A DNA stretch of 64,000 nt, taken from IMG/VR virus record IMGVR_UViG_3300021406_000010, positions 32,001-96,000 of that record; one strand, 5' to 3'. Under the pieces are notes generated by a model. It was not told where the DNA came from, did no database searches, and saw nothing but the letters and a program-made list of their open reading frames with translations. The translations under genes were made by a program, and so were the position numbers. How positions within the stretch are numbered: position 1 is the stretch's first letter; each line of letters starts with the position of its first letter. Positions 1 through 8,503 of the stretch are shown here, one piece after another. This stretch comes from a virus.

Positions 1-23
1 CGCGCAGTGAGCAGCACCGGCCG

Positions 24-479
24 GTGAGCATGGCCGACCTGCTAGACCAGGCGGTGTTCTGGTGCACCAGCGAGGGCGGGATCATCCGGCTGGCCGACAT
101 GAGCCACAAGTACCTGGGCAACGTCCGCCGGTGGCTGACGGGCAACGCCGGCACCGTCCAGGAGCAGGTCGCGGCCGAGCTGTCCCGGGATGAGAACGCC
201 GCCGGGGACAAGGCTTCCGAAGCGGGCATGCGACTCTACCTGATGGGCCAGTACGGCGACCCCCGAGGATGGATGGACGACCAGCCGCTGGCGCGGGAGA
301 TCGACCGGCTCACGTCCGCCGAGGCGCAGGAGTCCAGGCAGGGCCGCGAGGAGCAGGTGACCGAGATCAGGGCCTGTCCCCAGTGCGGGGCGCAGCCGGG
401 CCAGCAGTGTGTCTCGCTGTCGTCCATGAGAGGCCGCGTGCTGAACCACCCGCACGCGGCCCGGATGAGGCAGCCGTGA
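24..479 (+). CDS. Hypothetical protein with C-terminal zinc finger
   Basis: 151 aa ORF; CPQCGAQPGQQC...HPHAAR motif; GTGA overlap with next gene. Confidence 0.7.
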   Translation: MSMADLLDQAVFWCTSEGGIIRLADMSHKYLGNVRRWLTGNAGTVQEQVAAELSRDENAAGDKASEAGMRLYLMGQYGDPRGWMDDQPLAREIDRLTSAEAQESRQGREEQVTEIRACPQCGAQPGQQCVSLSSMRGRVLNHPHAARMRQP

Positions 480-718
480 GCGGTCGTCCGCAGTGGGAGC
501 CCGGCATGAGGGTCGAGCTGGTCGAGCATGTCGATGCCACCAGGCAGCCCCGCGAGAACGGCCGGGTGATCCCCGGCGAGGTCACCGAGGTGACCAGCCT
601 CTACGTGATCGTGCGGCACGAACTGTCCAGGCGCCCGGACCCGTTCTTCGCGGACTCCGGGTGGCGGGCCTGGGACGGCATGTTCAGCTGGCGGCTGCGC
701 CCGGCGGTCACGCCATGA
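476..718 (+). CDS. Hypothetical protein (80 aa)
   Basis: GTG at 476 overlaps upstream stop; ATGA coupling to next gene. Confidence 0.65.
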   Translation: MSGRPQWEPGMRVELVEHVDATRQPRENGRVIPGEVTEVTSLYVIVRHELSRRPDPFFADSGWRAWDGMFSWRLRPAVTP

Positions 719-1053
719 GCGCCCGCCGGTGCCCCGCCTGCGGGTACACGGACCCGCACCCGGTAGTCACCCACCAGGAGTGCAGGAAGCGGGCCAGGGA
801 GGCCGCCCTGCAGCGCGCGCTGGATGATGGCCGCCCGCTGGACAGGAAGTGCCCGTCCTGCGGGCGGCTTGACGTGGAGTACAACGGCAACTACTGCTGC
901 CGCTCCTGCGACTGGGGGCTACCAGAGGACGGCGACGTGCAGCCGTGGCTGCGCAGCCTGATCAGGCTGCGGAGGTCAATGGGGAAGGACACCGCATGGG
1001 AGGAGCAGTACCTCGACTCGCCCATGCCAGGACGGCGGGGAGGAAACCGGTGA
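715..1053 (+). CDS. Cys-rich zinc-binding hypothetical protein
   Basis: ATG 715; CPACG, CPSCG, CRSC motifs; coupled on both sides. Confidence 0.65.
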   Translation: MSARRCPACGYTDPHPVVTHQECRKRAREAALQRALDDGRPLDRKCPSCGRLDVEYNGNYCCRSCDWGLPEDGDVQPWLRSLIRLRRSMGKDTAWEEQYLDSPMPGRRGGNR

Positions 1054-1610
1054 GCGCCAGGGACGAGTGGAGGTCAGCCCGCACCCTGGAGGACCTGGGC
1101 GAGCTGACGGCCAGGTGGCTGGAGGGCAGCCTGGATTCGGTGCCCGGCCACTCAGGACCGCCAGCGGATGAGACGCGCTGCATCGCGCCCACTCTGGCCG
1201 TCCTGAACAGGGCGGGGTACGTGACTACGTCCTCCCAGCCGGGACTCACCTCCTGGGAGGACGGCTGCCAGTGGCGGCAGCGGGCCTTCGTCACGGGCCT
1301 GACGGGCTACCGGGCAGCGGTGGCCATGAGCAACGCGATGCTGCCGCTTGGGTACTGGGTCATCGTGAGCCATACCCCCCGCCGGGGGCGCCCTGGCAGG
1401 GACCTCCCCGTGACCTGCCAGGGCGACCGGGAGGTCACCGGCGCGGGCCGCGCCCGGTCGCTGGGCGACCTGCGGAACTGGCACACGGGATTCGGGCGGT
1501 GCCACCCGGACGCGGTGGCCGCCGTCGCCGGCGCGCTGCAGGTGACGGTCATCGACCGCGAGTGGGGCAGCAACCTCATGTGGGACCGCCTCACCGCCGT
1601 CGTTGCGTGA
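1050..1610 (+). CDS. DUF6919-like protein
   Basis: WRSARTLEDLGELTARWLEG...ET...LAVLNRAGYVTTSSQPG...QRAFV pattern recalled from actinobacterial mobile elements. Confidence 0.65.
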   Translation: MSARDEWRSARTLEDLGELTARWLEGSLDSVPGHSGPPADETRCIAPTLAVLNRAGYVTTSSQPGLTSWEDGCQWRQRAFVTGLTGYRAAVAMSNAMLPLGYWVIVSHTPRRGRPGRDLPVTCQGDREVTGAGRARSLGDLRNWHTGFGRCHPDAVAAVAGALQVTVIDREWGSNLMWDRLTAVVA

Positions 1611-1632
1611 ATACAGCTTTTCTTGCTATAGT
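1610..1632 (+). promoter_or_regulatory. Conserved promoter/operator motif copy
   Basis: AATACAGCTTTTCTTGCTATAGT; ends in TATAGT -10 hexamer; related copies elsewhere in the window. Confidence 0.75.
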
Positions 1633-1668
1633 GGACCTGTAGGCCACCAGCGAGGGGAGCACCCGACG

Positions 1669-1836
1669 ATGAGCAGGGAAACGGCGCGAAGGATCGCCAG
1701 GAGCCTGGACGTGATAGCCCGCAAGCCCGGCGGCGCAGACGGCGCGGACCTTTCCTTCATCAGTGACTTCTACTACCGCCTGAGCGCGGCCGACGCCCGG
1801 AAGGTCTTCCGCTACACCACGGCGTTCCCGTCATGA
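1669..1836 (+). CDS. Hypothetical protein (55 aa)
   Basis: ATG 1669 after GAGGGGAG RBS and promoter motif. Confidence 0.65.
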   Translation: MSRETARRIARSLDVIARKPGGADGADLSFISDFYYRLSAADARKVFRYTTAFPS

Positions 1837-2705
1837 CGCCGCGCGAGCACGACGAGAAGCAGGCGGCGCTGGATGGCGACCTCGGCATGGCCCTGGCACG
1901 GCGGACGACGGCCCGCAATGCCGTCCACCGGCTGGCCGGCGACAAGCTGCGCTGGCACGGCCGCGTCCAGGAGTGGGGGATGAGCTACGACGGGGCGCTC
2001 ATGGCCGTGGCGGGGACCGCCCGGGAGGGCGTGGACCCGGTGGCCGTCACCGCCGCCAGGACGCTGGCCGATGCGGAGTTCTGGAGCAAGAGCGTTGCGG
2101 CCCTGAAGGACAAGATCTCGGTCATGGAGGCCGTCTACCGCAAGGACCCGTGGCCCCGCTACTTCCCCTGCCTCAACTCCGACGGCCACGTCCACCGCTC
2201 CGAGCGCGGCTGCAGCACCCTCCGCTACGACACCGCGATGGGGTGGGACACCAGCCTGTCAGGGCAGCCGGTCGAGGCGTGCATCGCGAAGCTGGGGCCG
2301 CGCCTGTGCTCGGTGTGCTTCCCCGACGCCCCGGCCGAGCACTGCCGGTCGCTGAGCGACATCACCCGCGCCGACCGCGAGGCCGCCAGGGCGGCCCGGC
2401 AGGAGGCCAGGTACGCCAAGCGGCTCCGCGATAACGAGCGGTTCCGGGAGACTGCCCATCCCCAGTGGTGCGAGACCGTGGCCCGCTGCAAGGAGATCCT
2501 GCGCGATGAGGTCGAGTACCGCGACTACTACGGGCGCGGCGAGCACTCCAGTCACGCCGCCTCGGTAACGGACGCGGCCAGGGCCGCCGAGGTGCTGCTG
2601 GCCCGCGAGGCCGCCATCCCGGGCACCGGCGCCACCCAGGACGAGATCGACCGCATCATCGCCAGCGCGGTGAAGAGGAACCGGAAGGACGGCGCGAGGA
2701 TCTGA
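1833..2705 (+). CDS. Conserved actinophage hypothetical protein, Cys/His motif
   Basis: 290 aa; WPRYF...GHVH...CSTL...LSG...CSVCFPDAP. Confidence 0.75.
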   Translation: MTPREHDEKQAALDGDLGMALARRTTARNAVHRLAGDKLRWHGRVQEWGMSYDGALMAVAGTAREGVDPVAVTAARTLADAEFWSKSVAALKDKISVMEAVYRKDPWPRYFPCLNSDGHVHRSERGCSTLRYDTAMGWDTSLSGQPVEACIAKLGPRLCSVCFPDAPAEHCRSLSDITRADREAARAARQEARYAKRLRDNERFRETAHPQWCETVARCKEILRDEVEYRDYYGRGEHSSHAASVTDAARAAEVLLAREAAIPGTGATQDEIDRIIASAVKRNRKDGARI

Positions 2706-2920
2706 TGACCGATGAGGAGCGGGCCGCGCTGCATGAGATGGCGCGGCCCGAGAACCAGTCCAGCGACGCGGTCCGGTACCGCATCGCCAGGAACGAGTGC
2801 GAGATCGAGCGGCACCTCGGGACGGCGGCCTGGCATGAAGCCAAGGCCCTGGAGCTGCAGGACGAGAACGAGCACATGCGAGCCGTGCTGGAGGCCAGGA
2901 AGGAAGGGGCGGGGACCTGA
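2705..2920 (+). CDS. Hypothetical protein
   Basis: 71 aa; TGATG coupling on both sides. Confidence 0.6.
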   Translation: MTDEERAALHEMARPENQSSDAVRYRIARNECEIERHLGTAAWHEAKALELQDENEHMRAVLEARKEGAGT

Positions 2921-3111
2921 TGATGTACGTGATCAGCTTCAGCGCCAGGGTGAGGCCGAACGACCGCGAGCGGACCGAGTTCCGCGAGGAGGTCGACGCC
3001 CACAACCAGCAGGTCGCCCTGCTGAAGGCCGGGATGGCGATCGCCGGGCGCGGCGAGTCGTTCATCGGCTCCAGCATGCAGGGCCTGGCCATCAGGCGGC
3101 GGTCGTGGTGA
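2920..3111 (+). CDS. Hypothetical protein
   Basis: 63 aa; coupled start/stop. Confidence 0.6.
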   Translation: MMYVISFSARVRPNDRERTEFREEVDAHNQQVALLKAGMAIAGRGESFIGSSMQGLAIRRRSW

Positions 3112-3494
3112 GCGGCCGGGAGCCGTGCCGGGGCGACGACGGCCTCGTCCGGCTGCTGGTCAGGCCGTCAAGGGGCGCCGCCACGATCAGCAGCCGGCTG
3201 CTGGCGCGGCTGCGCGCCGAGCTCAGGCCGCTCGGGGTAATCATCCCCGAGGGCGCCGGGCCGCGCCGCGTGAACGCCAGCGCGGCGGACCGGTGCAACG
3301 GGGCGTGGTCCTGGTGCATGGAGCCGGCCCTGTGGCCCGACGGCTCCACCGTCGGCTCCAACTACCCGATGGGCGTGATGGCGAGGTGCGCGGCATGGCG
3401 CGTCTCCCGGATAAGCCAGGTGGGCAGCTACGGAGACTTTTACGTGGACCCGTGCGACGCCTGCATCACCCGGCACGGCCGGGTCAGGTTCTGA
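3108..3494 (+). CDS. Hypothetical protein (128 aa)
   Basis: GTG 3108 overlapping upstream TGA. Confidence 0.6.
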   Translation: MSGREPCRGDDGLVRLLVRPSRGAATISSRLLARLRAELRPLGVIIPEGAGPRRVNASAADRCNGAWSWCMEPALWPDGSTVGSNYPMGVMARCAAWRVSRISQVGSYGDFYVDPCDACITRHGRVRF

Positions 3495-3775
3495 TGGCGT
3501 CCTGGAAGACGATCGCGGGCATCCTGGCCGCCCGCATGGCGGAGACGGAGGGCGTCGCCGGCGGCTGCCCCCAGCACGGGAGCGCCTGGCGCGAGCACCA
3601 CCGGGACTGCGCCTACTGCGAGGACCAGCGGGCGTACTCCGCCTGGCTGGAAGCCGGCGGCCATGACTTCCGGGAGCCGCCGTACGAGGGCAAGTCAGTA
3701 TCGGTGCTTGACCTGCTGCCCAGGCACCAGGCGGCAACCAAGGAGAAGGACGGTGAGTGCATCGATGACCAGTGA
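3494..3775 (+). CDS. Hypothetical protein (93 aa)
   Basis: ATG 3494 in TGATG; CPQH...CAYC. Confidence 0.6.
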   Translation: MASWKTIAGILAARMAETEGVAGGCPQHGSAWREHHRDCAYCEDQRAYSAWLEAGGHDFREPPYEGKSVSVLDLLPRHQAATKEKDGECIDDQ

Positions 3776-3935
3776 CCGCAGGCGCAAGCAAGCCATCCGC
3801 CAGCGGATGGCGGAAGCCGGCGAGCCGTACTCGGTCGCCGCACGGCACGTTGACGAGGAGCGCGCCGCGAGGCGGCAGGCCTCGGCAGGGCCAGCGAGTG
3901 AAGCGGAGGAGGACGGCGATGAGCTACGGGACTGA
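3765..3935 (+). CDS. Small hypothetical protein
   Basis: MTSDRRRKQAIRQRMAEAGEPYSVAAR, an N-terminal motif common in actinobacterial elements. Confidence 0.6.
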   Translation: MTSDRRRKQAIRQRMAEAGEPYSVAARHVDEERAARRQASAGPASEAEEDGDELRD

Positions 3936-4065
3936 GCCAGGGCTCGTGACCGTCACGTTCGACCCCCGGGACCCGGTCAGCGTCCTGCGGGCGCTGCGCG
4001 AGGCCGTCGGCCGCGACGTGCTGAAGGTCGTCGCGGACGCGGAGGCGCTCCGTGGCGAAGGCTGA
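3919..4065 (+). CDS. Small hypothetical protein
   Basis: ATG 3919 after GGAGGAGG RBS. Confidence 0.5.
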   Translation: MSYGTEPGLVTVTFDPRDPVSVLRALREAVGRDVLKVVADAEALRGEG

Positions 4066-4267
4066 AAGCGACCGGGAGCGCAGCCCGGCGGTGCGCCGTG
4101 CCCTGAACGAGCTGCGGCTGCTGCGGTCCCGGGAGGAGCTGGCCAGGAGGCAGAAGCAGTATTACGAGAAGGCAGTCGCCGCGCTGAGCCCGGAGGAGCT
4201 AGACCAGTACCTGCGCATCGCCTACGCGCAGGGCGCGCCGGCGATCCCGGAGTGCCCCTGCCAGTGA
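4052..4267 (+). CDS. Hypothetical protein
   Basis: 71 aa ORF ending just before a hairpin. Confidence 0.55.
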   Translation: MAKAESDRERSPAVRRALNELRLLRSREELARRQKQYYEKAVAALSPEELDQYLRIAYAQGAPAIPECPCQ

Positions 4268-4275
4268 CCAGGCCC

Positions 4276-4310
4276 GCGAGGCCCGTGCCGCGACCCGGCG
4301 CGGGCCTCGC
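4276..4310 (+). terminator. Putative intrinsic terminator hairpin
   Basis: GCGAGGCCCGTGCCG / CGGCGCGGGCCTCGC 15-bp stem (one G-U pair), 5-nt loop, directly after a stop codon. Confidence 0.6.
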
Positions 4311-4352
4311 GTCATCCCCTCCTAATGGCAAGCAATCCTGTATTCTGAGGGC

Positions 4353-4529
4353 ATGAAGCTGCCATCCATCCTGACCCGGCGCGGATTCGCCTGGTACGCC
4401 CTCCTGGCGTTCACCATCTGGTGGTGCTCCCGCAACCCGCATGACGCCGCCGCCGCCGGGCGCAACCTGCTCCGCTTCACCGCCTATGCCGTCGGCCAGC
4501 TCTCGGTGTTCGCCCGGAAGGCAGCATGA
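4353..4529 (+). CDS. Small membrane protein, likely leaderless (58 aa)
   Basis: MKLPSILTRRGFAWYALLAFTIWWC...; TATTCT 6 nt upstream of ATG; below the ORF-track cutoff. Confidence 0.55.
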   Translation: MKLPSILTRRGFAWYALLAFTIWWCSRNPHDAAAAGRNLLRFTAYAVGQLSVFARKAA

Positions 4530-4656
4530 TGAGGCTGCGAGCACGCAATGCGCTCTGGCGGCTGTCTGACTGGCTGTGCGCACACAAGGCGACCTTCGGG
4601 CTAGGGCACCAGGTCGGCGAGCTCGGCTGGAAGCTGCGACGCCCCGGGGACCGGGC

Positions 4657-5142
4657 GTGAGCCCCGTCGTCATCGCGGAGGCCGCCACCGGGGCGGTCGC
4701 CGTCATCGCGGTCGCCGCGCCGCTGCTGGGCCTGATGGCGGCCGAGTCCGTCATGCTGCTGGTGCCAGCCGGATGGCGGGCCAGGAGGCGGCACGGGCGC
4801 CCCCGGCCCGCCATTCCCGCCCGGCTGCGGCGCATCATCGGCTCCGCTGACCGGCACCGGTGCTGCTACTGCCACTCGCGACACGAGCCGCAGGTGGACC
4901 ACATCCGGCCGTGGTCACTCGGGGGCCTGTCCGCCGCGTGGAACCTCGCCATCCTCTGCGGCCACTGCAACCGGGTGAAGAGCGACTACTGGCGGCACCG
5001 GGACGGGGACGTGCACTACAACCCCTGGGAAGGGCACGGCGACATGCACCTGGCGGCCATGATCCTCGCCCGGGAGCTGCGGCACCGGCGCAGCCCGCTG
5101 CGGTGGGCGCGGCTGGCCATCGCGGCGTGCGCCGTACGGTAG
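4657..5142 (+). CDS. HNH endonuclease with hydrophobic N-terminus
   Basis: CCYC...VDHIRPWSLGG...NLAILCGHCNRVK. Confidence 0.85.
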   Translation: MSPVVIAEAATGAVAVIAVAAPLLGLMAAESVMLLVPAGWRARRRHGRPRPAIPARLRRIIGSADRHRCCYCHSRHEPQVDHIRPWSLGGLSAAWNLAILCGHCNRVKSDYWRHRDGDVHYNPWEGHGDMHLAAMILARELRHRRSPLRWARLAIAACAVR

Positions 5143-5166
5143 CGCGGGCGCCGGCCTCTCTTGGTG

Positions 5167-5189
5167 AATACAGCTTTCCTTGCTATAGT
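5167..5189 (+). promoter_or_regulatory. Conserved promoter/operator motif copy (leaderless)
   Basis: AATACAGCTTTCCTTGCTATAGT, 6 nt before ATG 5196. Confidence 0.75.
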
Positions 5190-5195
5190 GGGGTC

Positions 5196-5453
5196 ATGAG
5201 CACAGCAGCTGGGACCGGGACCGTGATCGAGGTCCGGCGCGCGGAGGCCCGCTTCCCCGGGCAGCGCAGCCGGGCGTTCACCTACAGCTGGAAGGCCATC
5301 GCGGACGAGGACTTCCCGCGCCCTGACGGCACCGTCTTCCACCGCCCGGCGGGCACCTGGGTCGAGCACGGCACCAGCATTGTCGCGCTGCGGGACACGC
5401 TGCGGCGCAAGTTCGGGCGCGGCATCACGATCAGCGAGGACTGGAAGCCATGA
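5196..5453 (+). CDS. Hypothetical protein (85 aa)
   Basis: ATG directly after promoter motif; ATGA coupling downstream. Confidence 0.65.
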   Translation: MSTAAGTGTVIEVRRAEARFPGQRSRAFTYSWKAIADEDFPRPDGTVFHRPAGTWVEHGTSIVALRDTLRRKFGRGITISEDWKP

Positions 5454-5620
5454 GCGGGGAGATCACCGCCAGCCAGGTCGGGGCCCTCCGCGACGAGGCC
5501 GGGCAGCATGGCGACCTGGAACAGGCCGCCATCTGTGAGCAGGCCCTCGGCGGGGACTTCACCGCGTGGGCCATCTGCGTGGAAGTCATCAGCTACGCCG
5601 CGAGGGAGAGCCGGCCATGA
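5450..5620 (+). CDS. Small hypothetical protein (56 aa)
   Basis: MSGEITASQVGALRDEAGQHGDLEQAAICEQALGGD...; ATGA overlaps at both ends. Confidence 0.6.
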   Translation: MSGEITASQVGALRDEAGQHGDLEQAAICEQALGGDFTAWAICVEVISYAARESRP

Positions 5621-6123
5621 GCACGCGGAAGAACATGATCGCCCGCGCCAGCGACGGCACCGAGGTCGTCCTGCGGACCGCCGGGGGATACGACACGGCG
5701 GGCCTGATCCGGCGGCCCGACGGCACCTGGTACATCGCGGCGCAGGGGAACTCGGCGGAGTCAGTGCGCAAGCGCACCCGGGCGGCCGTGAACCGCTACC
5801 ACGGGGGCAGCGCCCCCATCGAGGTGCGCCCCCTGCACGAGGAGACCGCGCCGATGGTCCGCGACTACTTCGGCACCCACGACGTCAGGATCACCAGCTG
5901 CTTCTCCGAGGGCCAGTGGCGCCTGGTGCTGACCTCGTCCGGCCAGCCAGGATCATACCGGGGGGACCGGACGATGCTGCGCAGGCTGGCGCTAGCGGGC
6001 GTGGAGGCCGTTGCCGTGACCGGGCAGCGGCCGGGCGAGGACCGCCAGCGGACCGCTGACTTTCAGATGGACGAGATCGCCCGGAGCTGCGGCTTCCGGC
6101 TACCGCAGCGGGCCGCGTCATGA
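5617..6123 (+). CDS. Hypothetical protein (168 aa)
   Basis: ATG 5617; coupled to neighbours. Confidence 0.65.
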   Translation: MSTRKNMIARASDGTEVVLRTAGGYDTAGLIRRPDGTWYIAAQGNSAESVRKRTRAAVNRYHGGSAPIEVRPLHEETAPMVRDYFGTHDVRITSCFSEGQWRLVLTSSGQPGSYRGDRTMLRRLALAGVEAVAVTGQRPGEDRQRTADFQMDEIARSCGFRLPQRAAS

Positions 6124-6491
6124 CCACCGAGGAGTGGCAGGCCCTCCAGGACGAGCTGTACGACAGGTTCTGCCGTAAGGAGCTGGACCCCGGGGAGTAC
6201 TGCGAGGCGTCCCTCGGCCTGGGCCCTGCTGCCGTCGCCATTAACGAGGAACGCAGGCGGATCGTGGAAGCCGGCGGGCGGATCGGGGTCGCCAGGGTGC
6301 CCCACGCGGACAGCACCCGCGTGGGGCACTACGGCGTGTACGGCCTGCCCGACGACGGCCACGTGGTCATCGAGTACGAGGGCTACGAGCAGGACGGCGT
6401 CCAGCACGGCATCGGCGGGCGCAGGAGGCCGGTCCGCTACAAGGCGCTGCGCGACGGCCTGGACATCACGATCTTCGGGGAGGGGCAGTGA
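6120..6491 (+). CDS. Hypothetical protein
   Basis: 123 aa; coupled. Confidence 0.65.
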   Translation: MTTEEWQALQDELYDRFCRKELDPGEYCEASLGLGPAAVAINEERRRIVEAGGRIGVARVPHADSTRVGHYGVYGLPDDGHVVIEYEGYEQDGVQHGIGGRRRPVRYKALRDGLDITIFGEGQ

Positions 6492-6784
6492 GCGGCAGGC
6501 AGCTGAGCGAGCGGGAGACCCTCCTGCTGCGGGTGATCTTCAAGAGCATGCCGGATGGCATCAGCCGTGACCAGCTGGCCGAGGAGATGCAGTTCATGAC
6601 GGGAAGCGCTACCCAGGCTGGCATCACGCGGACAGTCGGCTGCCTGTGCCGCAAGAATCTGGCCTGGCAGGCCGTTCACGTCCACGCCGGCCGCAAGGCA
6701 CAGTTTTACAGGATCACCGATACGGGCCGTGATGCCCTGAAAGGCGACATGTCCGGCCAGTGGATCGCGAGGAGGAAGCGGTGA
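6488..6784 (+). CDS. Putative winged-helix DNA-binding protein
   Basis: LSERE..LL...ISRDQLAE...ITRTV..L...YRITDTGR, MarR-like wHTH pattern. Confidence 0.55.
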   Translation: MSGRQLSERETLLLRVIFKSMPDGISRDQLAEEMQFMTGSATQAGITRTVGCLCRKNLAWQAVHVHAGRKAQFYRITDTGRDALKGDMSGQWIARRKR

Positions 6785-7023
6785 AGGTCATGACCATGAG
6801 GATCGCGGGAAGCGAGGTCAGGGTGGGGGACGACGTCATCTTCCTGGGCACTCCGCACCACGTCACGTCCGTCGAGCCGTACTCCCACCCGGTGGCCACG
6901 GGGGGCGAGCAGTGGGCCATCGCCTACGCCGCCACCCCGGAGCGGCCGGCGAAGGGGAACGCCTGGGCGATCACCCTGGAGCCGCACTGCGACTATGACA
7001 TCACCCGGGTGGTAGCGCCATGA
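6781..7023 (+). CDS. Hypothetical protein (80 aa)
   Basis: GTG 6781 after GAGGAGG RBS. Confidence 0.6.
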   Translation: MKVMTMRIAGSEVRVGDDVIFLGTPHHVTSVEPYSHPVATGGEQWAIAYAATPERPAKGNAWAITLEPHCDYDITRVVAP

Positions 7024-7289
7024 TCATCGACGGCCTGACCGCCCGCGAGGCGAGGGCGCTGGCAATCCTGGACGAGCAGCACGGCCCGGTCACGGTGGAC
7101 GCCCTGCACGCGGCGATGACGCGGAACGCCACATGGCTCACCCTGGGGGCCGTGAGGATGACGGGGGAAATCCTCGCGGGGCAGCAGCTGGCCGCCCGGC
7201 GGGCCGACAGGCGGTACGTGATAACCGAGGCAGGGCGCGAGTGGGTGAGGCGGAACCGCAGCGCCCTGGACGAGATCACCCGGTCATGA
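7020..7289 (+). CDS. Putative winged-helix DNA-binding protein
   Basis: LTARE..AL.IL...GPVT...YVITEAGR pattern. Confidence 0.5.
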   Translation: MIIDGLTAREARALAILDEQHGPVTVDALHAAMTRNATWLTLGAVRMTGEILAGQQLAARRADRRYVITEAGREWVRRNRSALDEITRS

Positions 7290-7474
7290 GTGAATTCCTG
7301 CACCACGTCTCCAGCCAAGACAGGATCGAGTTCAAGGAACTTCCGGGCGGCATGGTCAGGATCTTCATCCTCGGCCCGAGGGGCGGCGTGCGGGCGAACA
7401 TCACCGTGCGCCGGAGCAGCCTGGAGACCCTGGCCATCCGGATACTGGCGAAGAAGGAGAACCGGGGCGAATGA
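7286..7474 (+). CDS. Hypothetical protein (62 aa)
   Basis: ATG 7286; ILGPRGG motif; coupled. Confidence 0.55.
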   Translation: MSEFLHHVSSQDRIEFKELPGGMVRIFILGPRGGVRANITVRRSSLETLAIRILAKKENRGE

Positions 7475-7902
7475 GCGAGACTGAGTCGCTGACCGATGAG
7501 CAGCTGGACTGGCTGGAGCGCCGGTACACCCCGGCGGAGGACCAGAAGTGCGTCGTATGCGGGGCGCCCCTGCGGTTCTCCCATTCCGAGTCAGGGGAGA
7601 AAGCGGTGTACAACTGCTCCAGCGACGCCGTAAGCCCGCTGCGCAGCACCCTGCCGTTGCGGGAGCGGATCGAGCATTACCGGCGCAGCGCCTGGTACGA
7701 CCAGGGAGAGGCCAGCGTCGTGGTGGTGGCCGTCCGGGAGCTGCGGCAGTGGCGCGAGCACGCTAAAGGGCGCGAGAAGGCGGCGGTCCGCGACGAACTG
7801 GACGACATCGCCGCCGACATCGCCCTCCGCATGAAGAACGCGGCACGCGCCGACGCGCTAGCCATCGTTGCCGCGTTCAGGCAGCGGAACGAGGCCCGGT
7901 AG
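7471..7902 (+). CDS. Ead/Ea22-like protein
   Basis: ERRYTP...CVVCG...YNCS...EHYRRS...VREL resembles the P22 Ead N-terminal pattern. Confidence 0.5.
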   Translation: MSETESLTDEQLDWLERRYTPAEDQKCVVCGAPLRFSHSESGEKAVYNCSSDAVSPLRSTLPLRERIEHYRRSAWYDQGEASVVVVAVRELRQWREHAKGREKAAVRDELDDIAADIALRMKNAARADALAIVAAFRQRNEAR

Positions 7903-7904
7903 CC

Positions 7905-8360
7905 ATGGCCGAGCAGGTGCTGACGGGCAACGCCGGCGGCGAGCGGCGCTGGGCATTCATGGAGGGCCTGGACATCGGGGCGGACGGCGACCCGTACCTG
8001 GACCGGCTGCGCATCGTGCAGACGCCATGGGCGAGCCTCTACCTGCACCACATCCACCGGCCCGACCGGGACCACGACCCGCATGACCACCCGTGGGCGT
8101 TCATCTCGCTGGTGCTGGCGGGCGGCTACACCGAGCTGGCGTGGCGGGACAAGGAGCGTCCCTCCTCATTCCGGACCCGCGAGCGAAGGCGCTGGTCGGT
8201 CGCTCGCACCCGGCGGTCCTCGGCGCACGTCATCACCGGCATCGAGGGACCGCTGTGGACGCTCGTCATCACCGGCCCGAGGCGCGCGGAATGGGGATTC
8301 TGGAGGCTCGGGGAGTTCATTCCATGGCGCGAGTACACCAGCCGGGCCGAGGACTCATGA
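7905..8360 (+). CDS. Cupin-fold (dioxygenase-like) phage protein
   Basis: LYLHHIHRPD.D.DPHDHPW.FISLVL.GGY.E...AH...WTLVITGP...WGF. Confidence 0.75.
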   Translation: MAEQVLTGNAGGERRWAFMEGLDIGADGDPYLDRLRIVQTPWASLYLHHIHRPDRDHDPHDHPWAFISLVLAGGYTELAWRDKERPSSFRTRERRRWSVARTRRSSAHVITGIEGPLWTLVITGPRRAEWGFWRLGEFIPWREYTSRAEDS

Positions 8361-8503
8361 GCATCCCCTCGAATTCCTGCGAGGACAACGGGTGCCCGGC
8401 CTGCGGGTCCGACGACTACAGCACGGAGCCAGGGGACGACGGCACCCCAGACTACGAAAACGGCCTGAAGACCTGCGATGAGTGCGGGGAGTCCTGGATA
8501 TGA
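8357..8503 (+). CDS. Small zinc-ribbon protein (48 aa)
   Basis: CPACGS...CDECGESW; ATGA overlaps at both ends. Confidence 0.55.
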   Translation: MSIPSNSCEDNGCPACGSDDYSTEPGDDGTPDYENGLKTCDECGESWI